DNA of 63,318 nucleotides, counting the filler, from Parasitella parasitica NRRL 2501 (lineage: Eukaryota; Fungi; Mucoromycota), in NCBI GenBank assembly GCA_025201805.1. It is 5 parts of 5 records of this genome, joined end to end, with 100 filler letters (N's around TTAATTAATTAA, not from the genome) between each part and the next. Parts side by side here need not be neighbours in the genome. Positions count along the whole stretch, not along the records: positions 27,609 to 57,548 come from MU619441.1; 4 more parts are not named here. One strand, written 5' to 3'. Below, in pieces: positions 39,311 to 51,014 of the stretch. Under the pieces are notes generated by a model. The model was not told the origin of the DNA. It did no database searches and saw only the letters and a program-made list of their open reading frames with translations. Every line of letters starts with the position of its first letter. Positions within the stretch are counted from its first letter, which is position 1. The position numbers were made by a program, and so were the translations under genes.

Positions 39311-39375
<65 letters not shown>

Positions 39376-39384
39376 AAAAGATGC

Positions 39385-40230
39385 TTATAGATTTTGCTTT
39401 GCTGACTTTGAACGACGCTTTGGTTTGCGCAACCTGTACAGATTTAGTGTCTCATCAAAATCAATTTGGTGATTGACCTTCTTTTGCCATTGGATGGAAG
39501 GCAGCAATTCTACTTGGAATCGCGTCTCTGCCTCCAACATGAATTTATCTTGTGCTGCCTGATTTCTAACTTCACTGATGCAGATAATTGTCGTTTTTTC
39601 ATCGGCTAAATAGTCCATGGTGTCGACCAGATCCATCGCACTGGCTTCCGAGTAAATGCAATCGCAAGCAACAATGTAGTCAATATCGCCTCCTGCTTTG
39701 ATGTTGTCCATTTGCTCAACATTGCTCCACAGCAGAGGATCAACTACAATGACGTCCTTGTCATGATCGTTCTTTCTCCGGCCGTTGATCGATTTTACAT
39801 GGAGCTGGTTGGCCTCGACATTCATCTCCATGGTTTCCACTAGCTCTTCAATGTCTGTGATTACCACGTCCTCAATACCCAATTTGTGCAACATGATGCC
39901 AATCAACCCAACGCCAGAGCCCAATTCAACCCAACGCTTACGACGATCCAAGCTGATCCAGCCATGTCGATCTCTTTTGGCACTCAAACGTTCAAGATAG
40001 GAGCAAAATACTATGGATGTCAGCCATATATACCCGCCCAGGTAATTTGAATGTGGATCCTGAACCAAGACGATATCGTGAGGCCCAATGTGGATCGTAA
40101 GAGTATTGGCTGATTGGAGAGCCCATCGATCTAGTTTGTGGATTCCTCTCTTGAATGGGTGACCATCTTCCCAGCCCTCAATCGTTGCAATAGGTGGCTC
40201 TTGGTCAATGATCCTTTTGTCTCTTGCCAT
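39385..40230 (-). CDS. SAM-dependent protein-lysine methyltransferase, family 16 (METTL21/EFM-like)
   Basis: GGYIW, motif I VELGSGVGLIG, VVITD, NVEAN, LLW and the DXXY motif IVACDCIY. Confidence 0.88.
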   Translation of the reverse strand: MARDKRIIDQEPPIATIEGWEDGHPFKRGIHKLDRWALQSANTLTIHIGPHDIVLVQDPHSNYLGGYIWLTSIVFCSYLERLSAKRDRHGWISLDRRKRWVELGSGVGLIGIMLHKLGIEDVVITDIEELVETMEMNVEANQLHVKSINGRRKNDHDKDVIVVDPLLWSNVEQMDNIKAGGDIDYIVACDCIYSEASAMDLVDTMDYLADEKTTIICISEVRNQAAQDKFMLEAETRFQVELLPSIQWQKKVNHQIDFDETLNLYRLRKPKRRSKSAKQNL

Positions 40231-40530
40231 TACCTTTCCTTTTGTATCCACGTGTTTTATTGTCTTTTTGAAAATTTCAGCTGCTAGGCAATTTGGCAGT
40301 TGAAGAAGAGGAGGAAGAAAAAAAAAAATAAGCTGGACTCAAATTCCCCCAAGGACACCATCCCTTTCAATACTTTACAATGAAATTCCTAGTGGTGTGG
40401 CGTTAAAAGGCGATCACTCGTTCAACATCATTGACCACATTACCAAAGTAAACGGTGTGTCTACGTTCTCATGCTCGTACACTATCCTGAGCAAATACGA
40501 GAGGAGATTCATCAAAAAATTTTTCTCATT

Positions 40531-40564
<34 letters not shown>

Positions 40565-40754
40565 AACTCTGGCCCCTCAATTTCTAGAAATGATGGAGAA
40601 TTATAGACGTCTTGGTATGAAACTACCCGAAATATTCTATACAAACAATGTCATCGGTGTCCAACCGAACGAACGTAAATGATGACATGAACGCATCTCC
40701 TGAGCAAAGTGAAGCTCCCAGATAATGCATCTACTATTGTCTGTAATGACCTTT

Positions 40755-41000
40755 AATCAATTGATGAAACTTGTCAAATACTGCATGACGAATTGGCCAC
40801 CGAAAGTACTTTGTACGTCGGCTTTGATTGTGAGCGCTACTTCCTTGGTTCAGATTGCGTACAAAACACCAATCTATTCGTTTCGTGTTCACAGATTTGA
40901 TGCCTACACCTTTCCTGATAGCTTGAGAGCTATAATTAGCAGTGGGCATATACGAAAAGTCGGTTTTAACATCCTTAGGAAGATTTCACAAGGCTTATAA
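40755..41000 (+). pseudogene. Frameshifted WRN/EXD2-like (DEDDy) 3'-5' exonuclease fragment
   Basis: Joining two frames gives LYVGFDCE / TSLVQIAYKTPIYSFRV...FPDSLRAIISSGHIRKVGFNI..(DFTRL), the ExoI-ExoII pattern of this family. Confidence 0.6.
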
Positions 41001-41397
41001 GAAGATGATAATTGCGTCTGGTTATGGGTCTTTACAAGTTTAAAGCGATAACGGCTCCAGCTTGATTGAAGATAATTTGATCCCTGTCAAGACGATCGAT
41101 GTTCTGAAGACCACTAAAGATTAACATATTTTGTACAGTCGTTTTGAACTCTGTTTATTGAAAGCGTAATTTGAGATCGCTAAAAGCGCAAATTTGGGTT
41201 CCAATTGACAAGTTCAAAAGCGCGATTTGCCACTGTATAGTGCCCCTCCATCTCGATCTTGAAGGTGATCTCCGCAAATTACAAATCATTGTTCATGGAC
41301 TATCTTTTTTTTTTTTCTGACTCGGTGGAATCATTATTTAAGCAGCTCTTGCTTTTGAGATTGATGGTTTTAAGGTTGTCCTGACTATTCTTCAACG

Positions 41398-42077
41398 ATG
41401 TCGTACATATCGTCCTTAAATCTGCTCAACGCAGATTCACCTGCTCCTATCAACGAGGATGTATTTCAGGAAGAATTGGCTCTCTGGGCAAACGCTCAGT
41501 TTAGTTTTGATACCACTCCAGGCTCTGCCTTGAGTGGTAATGATGATGAGAAAGAAGAAAATCTATTACAAACATTGACCAATTTGACTCAGCTTGGTAA
41601 GGATATGAGCATCGCACTGCTGCAACCATATCTAATCATAAATCTCTACTTCAAGCCAATGTCATGCAACAGCCATCCGTTGGTTACTACAAGACCCACA
41701 ACAGCACCAACATTTCCCCTGCTCCTACGCCTATTCTACCTCGCATTGCGCCTGCACCTGGGCCTCCCAGTGGCATCCAGTTGCTGGAAATCAACAACAA
41801 GAAGCGTCCGATTGAGGATGATGCTGATCTGAGTCTAGATGACGACAAAAGACGTAGAAACACGGCTGCATCTGCTAGATTTCGCATGAAGAAGAAACTC
41901 CGTGAGCAAGCTTTGGAGAAAACAACCAAAGAAATGGCTGAGAATGTGCAGAAACTCGAGTCCAGAGTAAAGGAATTGGAGATGGAAGCAAAGTGGTTGC
42001 GTGCTCTTGTCATTGAAAAAGATCCTAAACTTTTAGCCAAGGATGAACAACTACCTGAGGAAAAAGAACAAAATTAG
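41398..42077 (+). CDS. bZIP transcription factor, CYS3/MetR/Zip1-like, 2 exons
   Basis: Basic region DDKRRRNTAASARFRMKKKLREQALE followed by a leucine zipper; N-terminal EELALWANAQFSFD motif. Intron at about 41597-41655. Confidence 0.85.
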
Positions 42078-43521
42078 CACACAAATGTCTTGTGTATTCC
42101 GTTCAATCTTTTATTGCTATTTGAACATAAAAGTATACGTAGCTCTTAAGTTTAACTGATATACATTAAATTCAATGTTTTTTTTTTTTTTCGGTATTCT
42201 TGTTATTATACCTAATAGCATGTATGCCTTTTGGTTCGTTCTACCAGTAGTGTGCGATTCGCATCAATCAAACCAGATTCCGCTATCTTGTGTCCCCTTT
42301 GCGCAATGTTAAAGCAATACAATTGGTTCTTTTATTCAAGATCAAGAGAAAAGATCAAGACCATTTTTGATTAGCACATTCTTCCTGCCCAAGATTAATG
42401 CGAAAGCTCTGGTGTGTTTATAGCAGAGTATCAGATAAAAATAAAAAATAAAAAAAAGAGAAGGAACGACGTTATGTAATACATCAAGTTCAATGCGCCA
42501 GATTATTGATTCTACATCTCAAATCAGATACAAGTATAGATGTAAACTTTGTCTACATTTACTAGAGCTCAATTTTTTTTTGTCATCAGTAGAGCCAAGC
42601 TTGTAACTCAAAGACTGACGGTATAATAGAGTTGTTGGAAGATTAGTGGTCAGCAAAGGTCTTGCTGTTTTCTTTCTGGAAGGCTGGAGACGCACATCTA
42701 CGGTCATTGATGTCTGCACCGGCTTTGCATAGGCTTGGTTCACGACGAGCAACACGTTGGGCCTTCTTATTAGCATCCGGTGGAGTTTGTCAACGAAACT
42801 TATGAATGTGTTGCATATTTCTGTCTCTCTCACTCTCTCCCTCTCTCTCTTTCTATACATATACTGAACTTTGAACAAAATGTCTGTTCTGAGCCCTTGT
42901 TTATGTTTAAACATTCCTCTACGATGGCAATCCACAGTAATCAACTATAAACTTATCTTTCAAGAGGTACATTATGTCGGTTTCCATTCCAAGCATCTAC
43001 TGTCAAGTGAAAAGAGAGGCGACTAACCATTACAGATAAATTCTTGGAGGATACAGTGGACACTACGGATGAGAACCTTGAAATCCGAAAAATAAATGGC
43101 AATGGACAATGCCTCTTCCTACTCTTTGGGCCTTTTGAGTCGGGTCCTGGCATTGAGAGAGGTGGGCATAAACATGTTTGTAATTTCTGGATACTTGAAT
43201 TAAAGGCATTGCTCTTCCCTATCACAAACTACAAGTTTCTACCCGACCTCACCACTCCTTTTAAAGTAAATAAAGCTTGTTGATTTTCATCGTAGCACAC
43301 CTGTTTCTCACTGTAAAATGAAGCCCGAAGCCTGATTGTGGATGTGCAAAGTGGATGTGGATTTTGTGACTCGAAGCCAACAAACTGACCATGTTTCTTG
43401 CAAACCCTGGAAACCTTTTTTTTTTTTTTTTTTATCCTTTGTTAGCTTTCTCTTTGCTTCGGATACTCTGTTCCTTTTTCTTACATCATCCTAATAAACT
43501 ACATTTACAAGTCATATCAAG

Positions 43522-44156
43522 ATGGGACACGCTTCACAAGATCATTCTAGAGATCCTTGGTAAGCTGATTAGATTCCATAATAGTAGCACCCTGGATTAA
43601 CCTGTCAACATTTCCTTACTAGCCCATGGGTCATCCTCAATGATTTGGGAGGCGCATTTGTTATGGGTGCTGTTGGTGGCGGTATCTGGCACTCTGTTAA
43701 AGGAGCAAAGAATTCACCTAAAGTAAGTGCCAAGCAAGGAAGCTTGTTTTTGGGAGTGGTATCCTGACCAACATGCTAGGGTGAACGTTTGACGGGTGCG
43801 GTTTCTGCTATGAAAGCTCGTGCCCCTGTTTTAGGCGGTAATTTTGCTGTTTGGGGTGGTCTATTTTCAACATTTGATTGTGGTTTAAAGGGAATTAGAC
43901 AAAAGGAAGATCCTTGGAATTCTATTCTTTCTGGTGGTCTGACTGGTGGCGTATTGGCTGCTCGTGGTGGCGTCAAAGCTGCTGCTGTTTCTGCCGTTGT
44001 TGGCGGTGCTCTTCTTGCTTTGATTGAAGGTGTTGGTATCGGTATTTCTAGAATGACAGCCGATCAAAACAAGCCTGTCATGCCTCAGGTAAATTTGTGT
44101 CTTTGATAAGATATGGTATGGGCGTCTAACATTTTCCCTGTCTATTTTAGATCTAA
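43522..44156 (+). CDS. TIM17: Mitochondrial inner-membrane translocase subunit Tim17
   Basis: [52 protein letters not shown] and [10 protein letters not shown]. The end is 44156 if the last intron (44089-44150) is spliced, otherwise 44106. Confidence 0.95.
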
Positions 44157-44748
44157 TTCTTATGAAAAACAACAAACTTTAATAGATTTCACACACTCAA
44201 AAACTAACCTTTACAAACAAGAATATTTCAATCAAATGTATATACTATACGTCCTTGTCCCCTCTCTCTATCGCCTCCTTCCTTTTTTTTTTTTTTTTTC
44301 CTGTTCTTTTTAAACGCCACAATTCATCAATAGCANNNNNNNNNNNNNNNNNNNNNNNNNNNNNNNNNNNNNNNNNNNNNNNNNNNNNNNNNNNNNNNNN
44401 NNNNNNNNNNNNNNNNNNNNNNNNNNNNNNNNNNNNNNNNNNNNNNNNNNNNNNNNNNNNNNNNNNNNNNNNNNNNNNNNNNNNNNNNNNNNNNNNNNNN
44501 NNNNNNNNNNNNNNNNNNNNNNNNNNNNNNNNNNNNNNNNNNNNNNNNNNNNNNNNNNNNNNNNNNNNNNNNNNNNNNNNNNNNNNNNNNNNNNNNNNNN
44601 NNNNNNNNNNNNNNNNNNNNNNNNNNNNNNNNNNNNNNNNTACTGTGGAGACGGTACTTGTGAAGATTGAAAATAGAGTCAACAACTGTTTTTCGAAATT
44701 GTAGTGGTGGTTTTTGCTTGTCCCTGATGTGATGGCGCTTACTACCAA

Positions 44749-44786
<38 letters not shown>

Positions 44787-45399
44787 CCCCCCCCCCCGAT
44801 ACTTTGAAGAGACACGTCAAAGACAGCCATGATATAGTAGAAACTAAAGATAGTGTGGTCCAAGATACTTGTTTGGATGTCGCTTTAAAGGCCAATGGAC
44901 CGATTCTAGTATCAGCGGTGCCTACCATCTTTACTAAAGAAGGCGATGATGGACATGACCATCATACAGCTGTATTGCCTGCGTTCGATGCAATGGGTGA
45001 TTAAGCAAAAAAAAAAAAAAAAGCTGCTAGTCGCGGAATTGAGGGGATCTTGATCCAATAGCAGTTGTTGACGACCAAGATGGCTGGTCTTTTCTTTGAC
45101 AATGAAGGGAATCCATTAAATTTTTGCTGTGGAGTGTATCGTATTAGAAGAAGACCGTGATTACAGTATTCAACCATAAATAATAATATAACCCTAGTTC
45201 AACAAACATTTATCTTGCTTTAGTCTCACAACTGTATTTCAGATTGCATATCAAGTAGCTCAAATACGAAAATAAGTCGCACCAAAAAAAATCAAAAAAA
45301 AAAAAAAAAATCATTCGTACCAATCAAGACTAAAATCCTGTGGGCCTTGGAGCCACCAATTATAAACTCTCCTCTTTCATCTCCCAAACACTAATTGCC

Positions 45400-48278
45400 A
45401 TGAAGTTACAAAAGAAATTGCCACCGTGGTTACCGCTATCTTTTGTCATAGCACAGCATCTATTAGAGAATCATGTACATAAGCAATATCTCACTCCAAA
45501 CGAACAAGCATACTTTCAGGATACGCTTATAAGTTTCGCTACATGGATTGCCTTTATCAATCAAACCGACAAACAGGATGATATTGATACAACAGCATTT
45601 CGTGTACGCTCAATGCTCTATGAGCAACTGGTGCCTCACATATTTCAAACGCACAAACTATGCTGCAAATTAGTCTCATTGGATCCTTTGCTGGAGCAAG
45701 CTCGCCAATTTTACATACCTCCCGCGTCGGAAGTGTCACAAGCATGGCAAGCATTCACTGAAGCACATGTGCCAAAGAAAGAGGAATCGGCACCTCTAAA
45801 TCTAAATACTGAAGAAGGTGAGAAAGCAGAAAGAAATCTAGAAGAATCAGGTAAATCTTGTAGATCAAACCTTGGGCAGCATGCGATATTTATATTCCAA
45901 ATTAGACAAAACAGCAATCAGTAATGCTGAAAACAGTGCAAACAATACTACTCCTACTCCTCCTACAACTACAACTACAACTACGAATACTACAGATAAT
46001 AATATTAATAGCCTAAACGATTCATCAAAGCTGGAAGAACCGATTGCACCACCCGACAGTATTCCTCTTCGAGACATTTTTCACTCGCTCGAGCTAGACA
46101 GGGCTGCTATGATTGAACAACGAAAACTAGAGGTAAGCAAAGATAAAAATAAAAAAAAGCTGGGAAGGAAGCAGTTTGCATTAAATACAATCAATTTTTG
46201 AAGGAATTTGAAGCACAAGAGGAATTAAATGAGGCAGAAGAAGAAAAGGAAAACGCAGCAGCTAAATCTGTAAGAGCGAATTCACGTATGCATTGGAACT
46301 GTGTCGATACTAACCCACAACACATACAAGCTATCCATGTTCAATGCTGACGGAAACTTCAATTTAAAGTATTTATTACAAGGAATTGTTGCAAATAGAC
46401 AAAAGACGTCGTTGTCAGATCGAGAACTGCAAAACCTGTTGTCTGATTTCAAACCTCATCGCTCGAAATGGGCCAACGACGATCGAGTCGGCCAAGAGGA
46501 ACTGTACGAAGCCTGTGAAAAAGTACTGATAGATTTGAAGAACTACACCGAACATTCTACGCCGTTCCTGAATAAAGTGAACAAACGTGAAGCACCAGAC
46601 TATTTTGATGTGATCAAAAAGCCCATGGATTTAGGCACTGTGACCAAGAAAATGAAAAATTTAAGCTATAGATCCAGAAAGGATTTTGCAGACGATTTGT
46701 ACCTTATTTACGACAATTGCCTCGCCTACAATACAAATTCAGCAAGTGAATATAGAAAGCATGCGATTGCAATGCGAAGAAAAACAGAGCGGTTGATTTC
46801 TCGTGTGCCCAACATTAGCATCAAAGAAATCAAACCAGACTTGGAAGAGGAGGGTGATGAGATGAGCGACGAGGAAGAGCACGAACCTCATCACGGCTTG
46901 TCTAGAAAAGCAGCGGGAAAACACATGTCTATTGAACGTAAAACCACGCCACTACAACAGATTGATAGGCAATCACGAGAGAGGTCTTTAACAAGAGGAT
47001 CGAGTGCTGCTCCATTATCTGCCTTGGAAATCAGTGATATGGAAAACACTTTTACTCCAGAGATGTCTGAAACCCCTCAGTATAGCGGCAAGAATGTCAA
47101 AAAGTCGAACCGGGCAGGAGACGATGACGAGAACATTGATTTGGAGCAAGAGGAAAAGATATTGAACGCTGAAATAGACGCTGATCTAGGAGAATACCAA
47201 GATCAAGTATGGCGAGACAAAACCAAAAAGACAAGAGCCAAATTCACAACAGACGTAGAGAAACAATATCAGTTCCCGTTTGCGGAAAGAGAAGCCATGA
47301 CAAGGTCAGGCTTGGATATGGAGCGGTTTGCCATGATGGAACATCTGCATGACAAGCCCGAAGCAGTGGTGAAGTTGATTCGCTGCGAATTCGACAGATT
47401 TTTGAAGTGGACAGACCAAAGATCAACCAGGGCAACATTGTATGACGATTTTGATCTGCACTCTAGCGATGACGAGAACCTGGATGCCTTTTTCTCGAGG
47501 AAAATCAGCAAGCCAAACAAGAGTGTGGATGATTCAGCGAGAAATGATCTGTTTTTGCCAGATTACGAGATTACTAGTGGCATTCCAGAAATTGAGGGTG
47601 TTTCTGAGGATATTGTCGAGCCTACATCACCATCGAACGACAGGGCAATGGTGCGAAAATCATCCATTGACATCAGTCCGGAAGCTTTGTTGGCAACACA
47701 GGGGTATGTGGGGATATAAACGTCAGGCTGATTTATATCACTTCTCACTGTTGCTACTTTCTTGCTAGATTTTCTGATGTATCACTGGATGCTTATCCTG
47801 AGCTTCAGTTTCCAAACTACGGTCTAACTCCTCTTATCGACAAAAGTAACAAAGCGTTGGAGCAGATACGTCTAATGTATGCCAAATGTAATGCAATTCG
47901 TAATAACATTCCGGTAAAGTACGCATACGAGATACCTGAAGCCCTTGGCTCACTGTGTGCTAGATTTCAACCTTAGCGTCGTCGATCCAAGAGCTTGATG
48001 AATCGACTACGAAAAGTCAAAAACAGCTAGTGCCTACGCCTTCATCGTCTGCTAAAATACCCCCATTAACCCTGAATCCAGAATCAGGCCATCAAATGGC
48101 TCAAAAAGTGCTGTCGAAACTCCTTGCTCATGCTGGTTTTGAGGGAGCCAAGATTGGTGCACTTAATGTACTAACAGACGTAATGACAGAATACCTGACA
48201 AATATTGGCAAAACGTTGAAATGTTATTGGGATGACTATGGTCATGAAATGGATGGTGATGTAAGTTTGTGAAATTTG

Positions 48279-48339
<61 letters not shown>

Positions 48340-49418
48340 CAAGCAGCCATGTCAACCTTTTGTTTCGTAGGAAATCCTTTCTCACTCATTATATGAAAAT
48401 GGAGTTTTAGACATGTCAGAGCTCGAGGGATATGTGCATGATGATATCGAGAGAAATATACACAGATTGGATGACGTTAAGCGCAGACTGCAGACCTCCT
48501 ATCAAGACATGCTTTCTGTAAATGTTTGCACAAGCTACTCTTGTCTGAAATGCCAAAAATGCTAACATCTAATCTAGGGCCCTATAGATAGACCCGTCCA
48601 AGATGACGAAGAGTTATTGAATGAAGATGAGACATTTATAACGTATAGTACAGCCGAGCTAGCTAAAAGAATTTGTCACTCACATCTTGCCATAGCGGTG
48701 TCTTTGGAGAAGACATTGGTGAAGACTACTTTGGCTTCAAAAGCATTGGATTAGACCAAGAATACAATTTGGATGCGCTTAATGTAAAGCTATACGCGCC
48801 GATATACAAACTAAAGATCTGTTCCTAATGCGACTATTTGTGTAGATACCCTCTCGACTGTGGTTTGGTAAAAAGGACAAATCGCCAACAATGAAGGATG
48901 TAAACAAGGAACCACAGTATAAATACCCACCACCGCCGAGCTTTCTACCTCTGACATCAGAAAAAGACGTAATTGGGTTGTTGCAGCCTTACTTTGCAAA
49001 GAAATTATCAGATCCTGCTGGACATCCGTTAATAGAAGATGAATATATGCGCAGAAATAAGAATCGACCGCGATATCCCCCTACTAACAAAACAGCAGCA
49101 GGAAGAAAGAAACTGGCCAAGGACTTGTCTTCTCTACAAGCAGATCATAGAAAAAATAAACGCAAACGCCCCACCGAAGAAATTGTAGCCGAGAAGGCAG
49201 AGAAGGCGGAAAAGAAACGACAAAAGATGGAGGAAAAGGCACAACGCATAGCAGAAAAAGAACAAAAACGAAAGATGCGAGAAGAGCTGAGAGAGCAGGA
49301 AAAACAAGCCAAGATTGAAGCCAAAGAAAAGAAAAGGCTGATGAATAAAAAGACAAAGCACCAAAAGGCTTCATCATCCATTGCTGCGGATTCACCAGCA
49401 GAAGAAGACGATGAATAG
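45400..49418 (+). CDS. SPT7: SAGA complex bromodomain subunit Spt7, multi-exon
   Basis: RSKWANDDRVGQEELYEACEKVLIDLKNYTEHSTPFLNKVNKREAPDY (Spt7 signature plus bromodomain); histone-fold LLAHAGFEG...ALNVLTD; GEDIGEDYFGFK. Confidence 0.92.
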
Positions 49419-49771
49419 CACAACCGGGCTTTGGGTGAACAATCACATGTGTATTTTTTTTTGTTTTTTTTTTTTTTTGTTTCTTTTTTTATTTTTTTTT
49501 GGAAACTATTATCAAAGGGTCCTTTTACAATGAACATCAACGAATAATATATATACATCAGTCGTTGTGTATAGCATATATCAACGTCTGTCCTTCGATG
49601 CTATAGTCTGTTAAATGGTCGATATTGGGATCTGCAGTAAGGGATTATTGCTCATGTAGCAAGAATAAAAAAAGCACTATGGCTATATTTGTAGCCGCAT
49701 ATATAATATCATACTCCTATACTTTTGTCCCTTTTTCCTTTCTTTCCCTTTCTTTTCTTGTTAATTAATTA

Positions 49772-50841
49772 ATGTCTCCACAAATTCCGTTTCCACTTCG
49801 TGAAAAAAAGGTAGATGAACAACAGCGATTTCAACAAAACCTGAATGTTGCCCTGGTTTGTCCTGACTGTAGAGTAAAGCCTCCGCATATTGTTGAAGAG
49901 TTTGCATCTGGCGACCTTGTTTGTGGAGACTGCGGCCTTGTTCTGGGCGACCGCATCATTGATACACGTTCAGAATGGAGAACCTTTGCGAACGACGAGG
50001 GCGATGTAATCCTTTTTCTTTTTAGTTGCTTTTCGTTTACTGACTGAAAAATGCGGTATAGGATCCCTCTCGTGTAGGTGCAGCTGCAAACCCGTTGCTG
50101 GACGGTGACCAATTAGATACCATCATCTCTCGCAAAGATGGGGGTTCTGGCATAGCAAAGACACTGAACAAAGTCCAAGGAAAGCAATTGTTACATAAAG
50201 GAGATCGAAACATAGCAGCAATCTACAAGGAAATCACCGCCATGTGCGATTCCATTTCATTATCGAAACTTGTCAGCGACACAGCCAAACAGTTATACAA
50301 ACGGGTAGAAGATGAGAAGCTACTAAGAGGTAAATCAAGCGATGCCATTATAGCTGCATGTATTTGTATTGCCTGCAGACAGGAAAGAGTGGCAAGAACC
50401 TTTCGTGAAATTTGTGCTTTGACTCGGGTTCCCAAGAAGGAGATTGGCCGTTGCTGCAATGCATTGAAGGCCAAACTCCAGACCAGCACGTCCGTCATGA
50501 ACTCTGAAGATTTGATGTCTCGTTTCTGCAGTAATTTACAATTACCAAACTACATTCACAAATCGTGCGTGGATCTTGTACGGAGAGCAAAAGAGCTGGG
50601 TACACTTGCAGGCAAGTCCCCTATCTCGGTGGCTGCTGCGTGCATTTACCTGGTATCCTATTTGTTTAAAAACCCAAGAAGTACAAAGGACATTGCTAAT
50701 GTAGCTGGCGTCTCTGAAGCAACAATCAAGGCAGCTTACAAGTCGTTATATACCGAAAAAGAAAAGCTGATAGATATGAATTTAATGAAGGATAACCCTA
50801 ATTGTGAGAACATTTCATTCGATGATTTGGTATTACCCTAA
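49772..50841 (+). CDS. SUA7: Transcription initiation factor IIB, 2 exons
   Basis: Zinc ribbon CPDC...[27 protein letters not shown]; cyclin folds ACRQE..RTFREI and [13 protein letters not shown]. Intron at 50006-50061. Confidence 0.96.
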
Positions 50842-51014
50842 ATTCATGCTGAACATCATGTCAATCTGAAACTTGTAGGTGGAGACATCCGAGACATTCT
50901 ATTTTTTATTTTTATTTTTTTTTTTTATTTTCTCATATATAATTTAATACCCTATCTCTTTCTCCAAATCATTCGTTTTTGTTCTTCTCTCAAACTACAT
51001 AAAATTCATGAAAA

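Noticed and set aside
40677-40703. Box C/D snoRNA-like ATGATGA...CTGA
   Set aside because: The boxes are only ~15 nt apart with no terminal stem or evident rRNA guide.
44245-45004. ORFs spanning the 305-N gap and the (CTA)n/poly-C tract
   Set aside because: They stay open only because of Ns and the microsatellite; no recognisable protein.
45400-50841. SPT7-TFIIB adjacency as a transcription-machinery cluster
   Set aside because: Two neighbours are insufficient evidence without synteny data.
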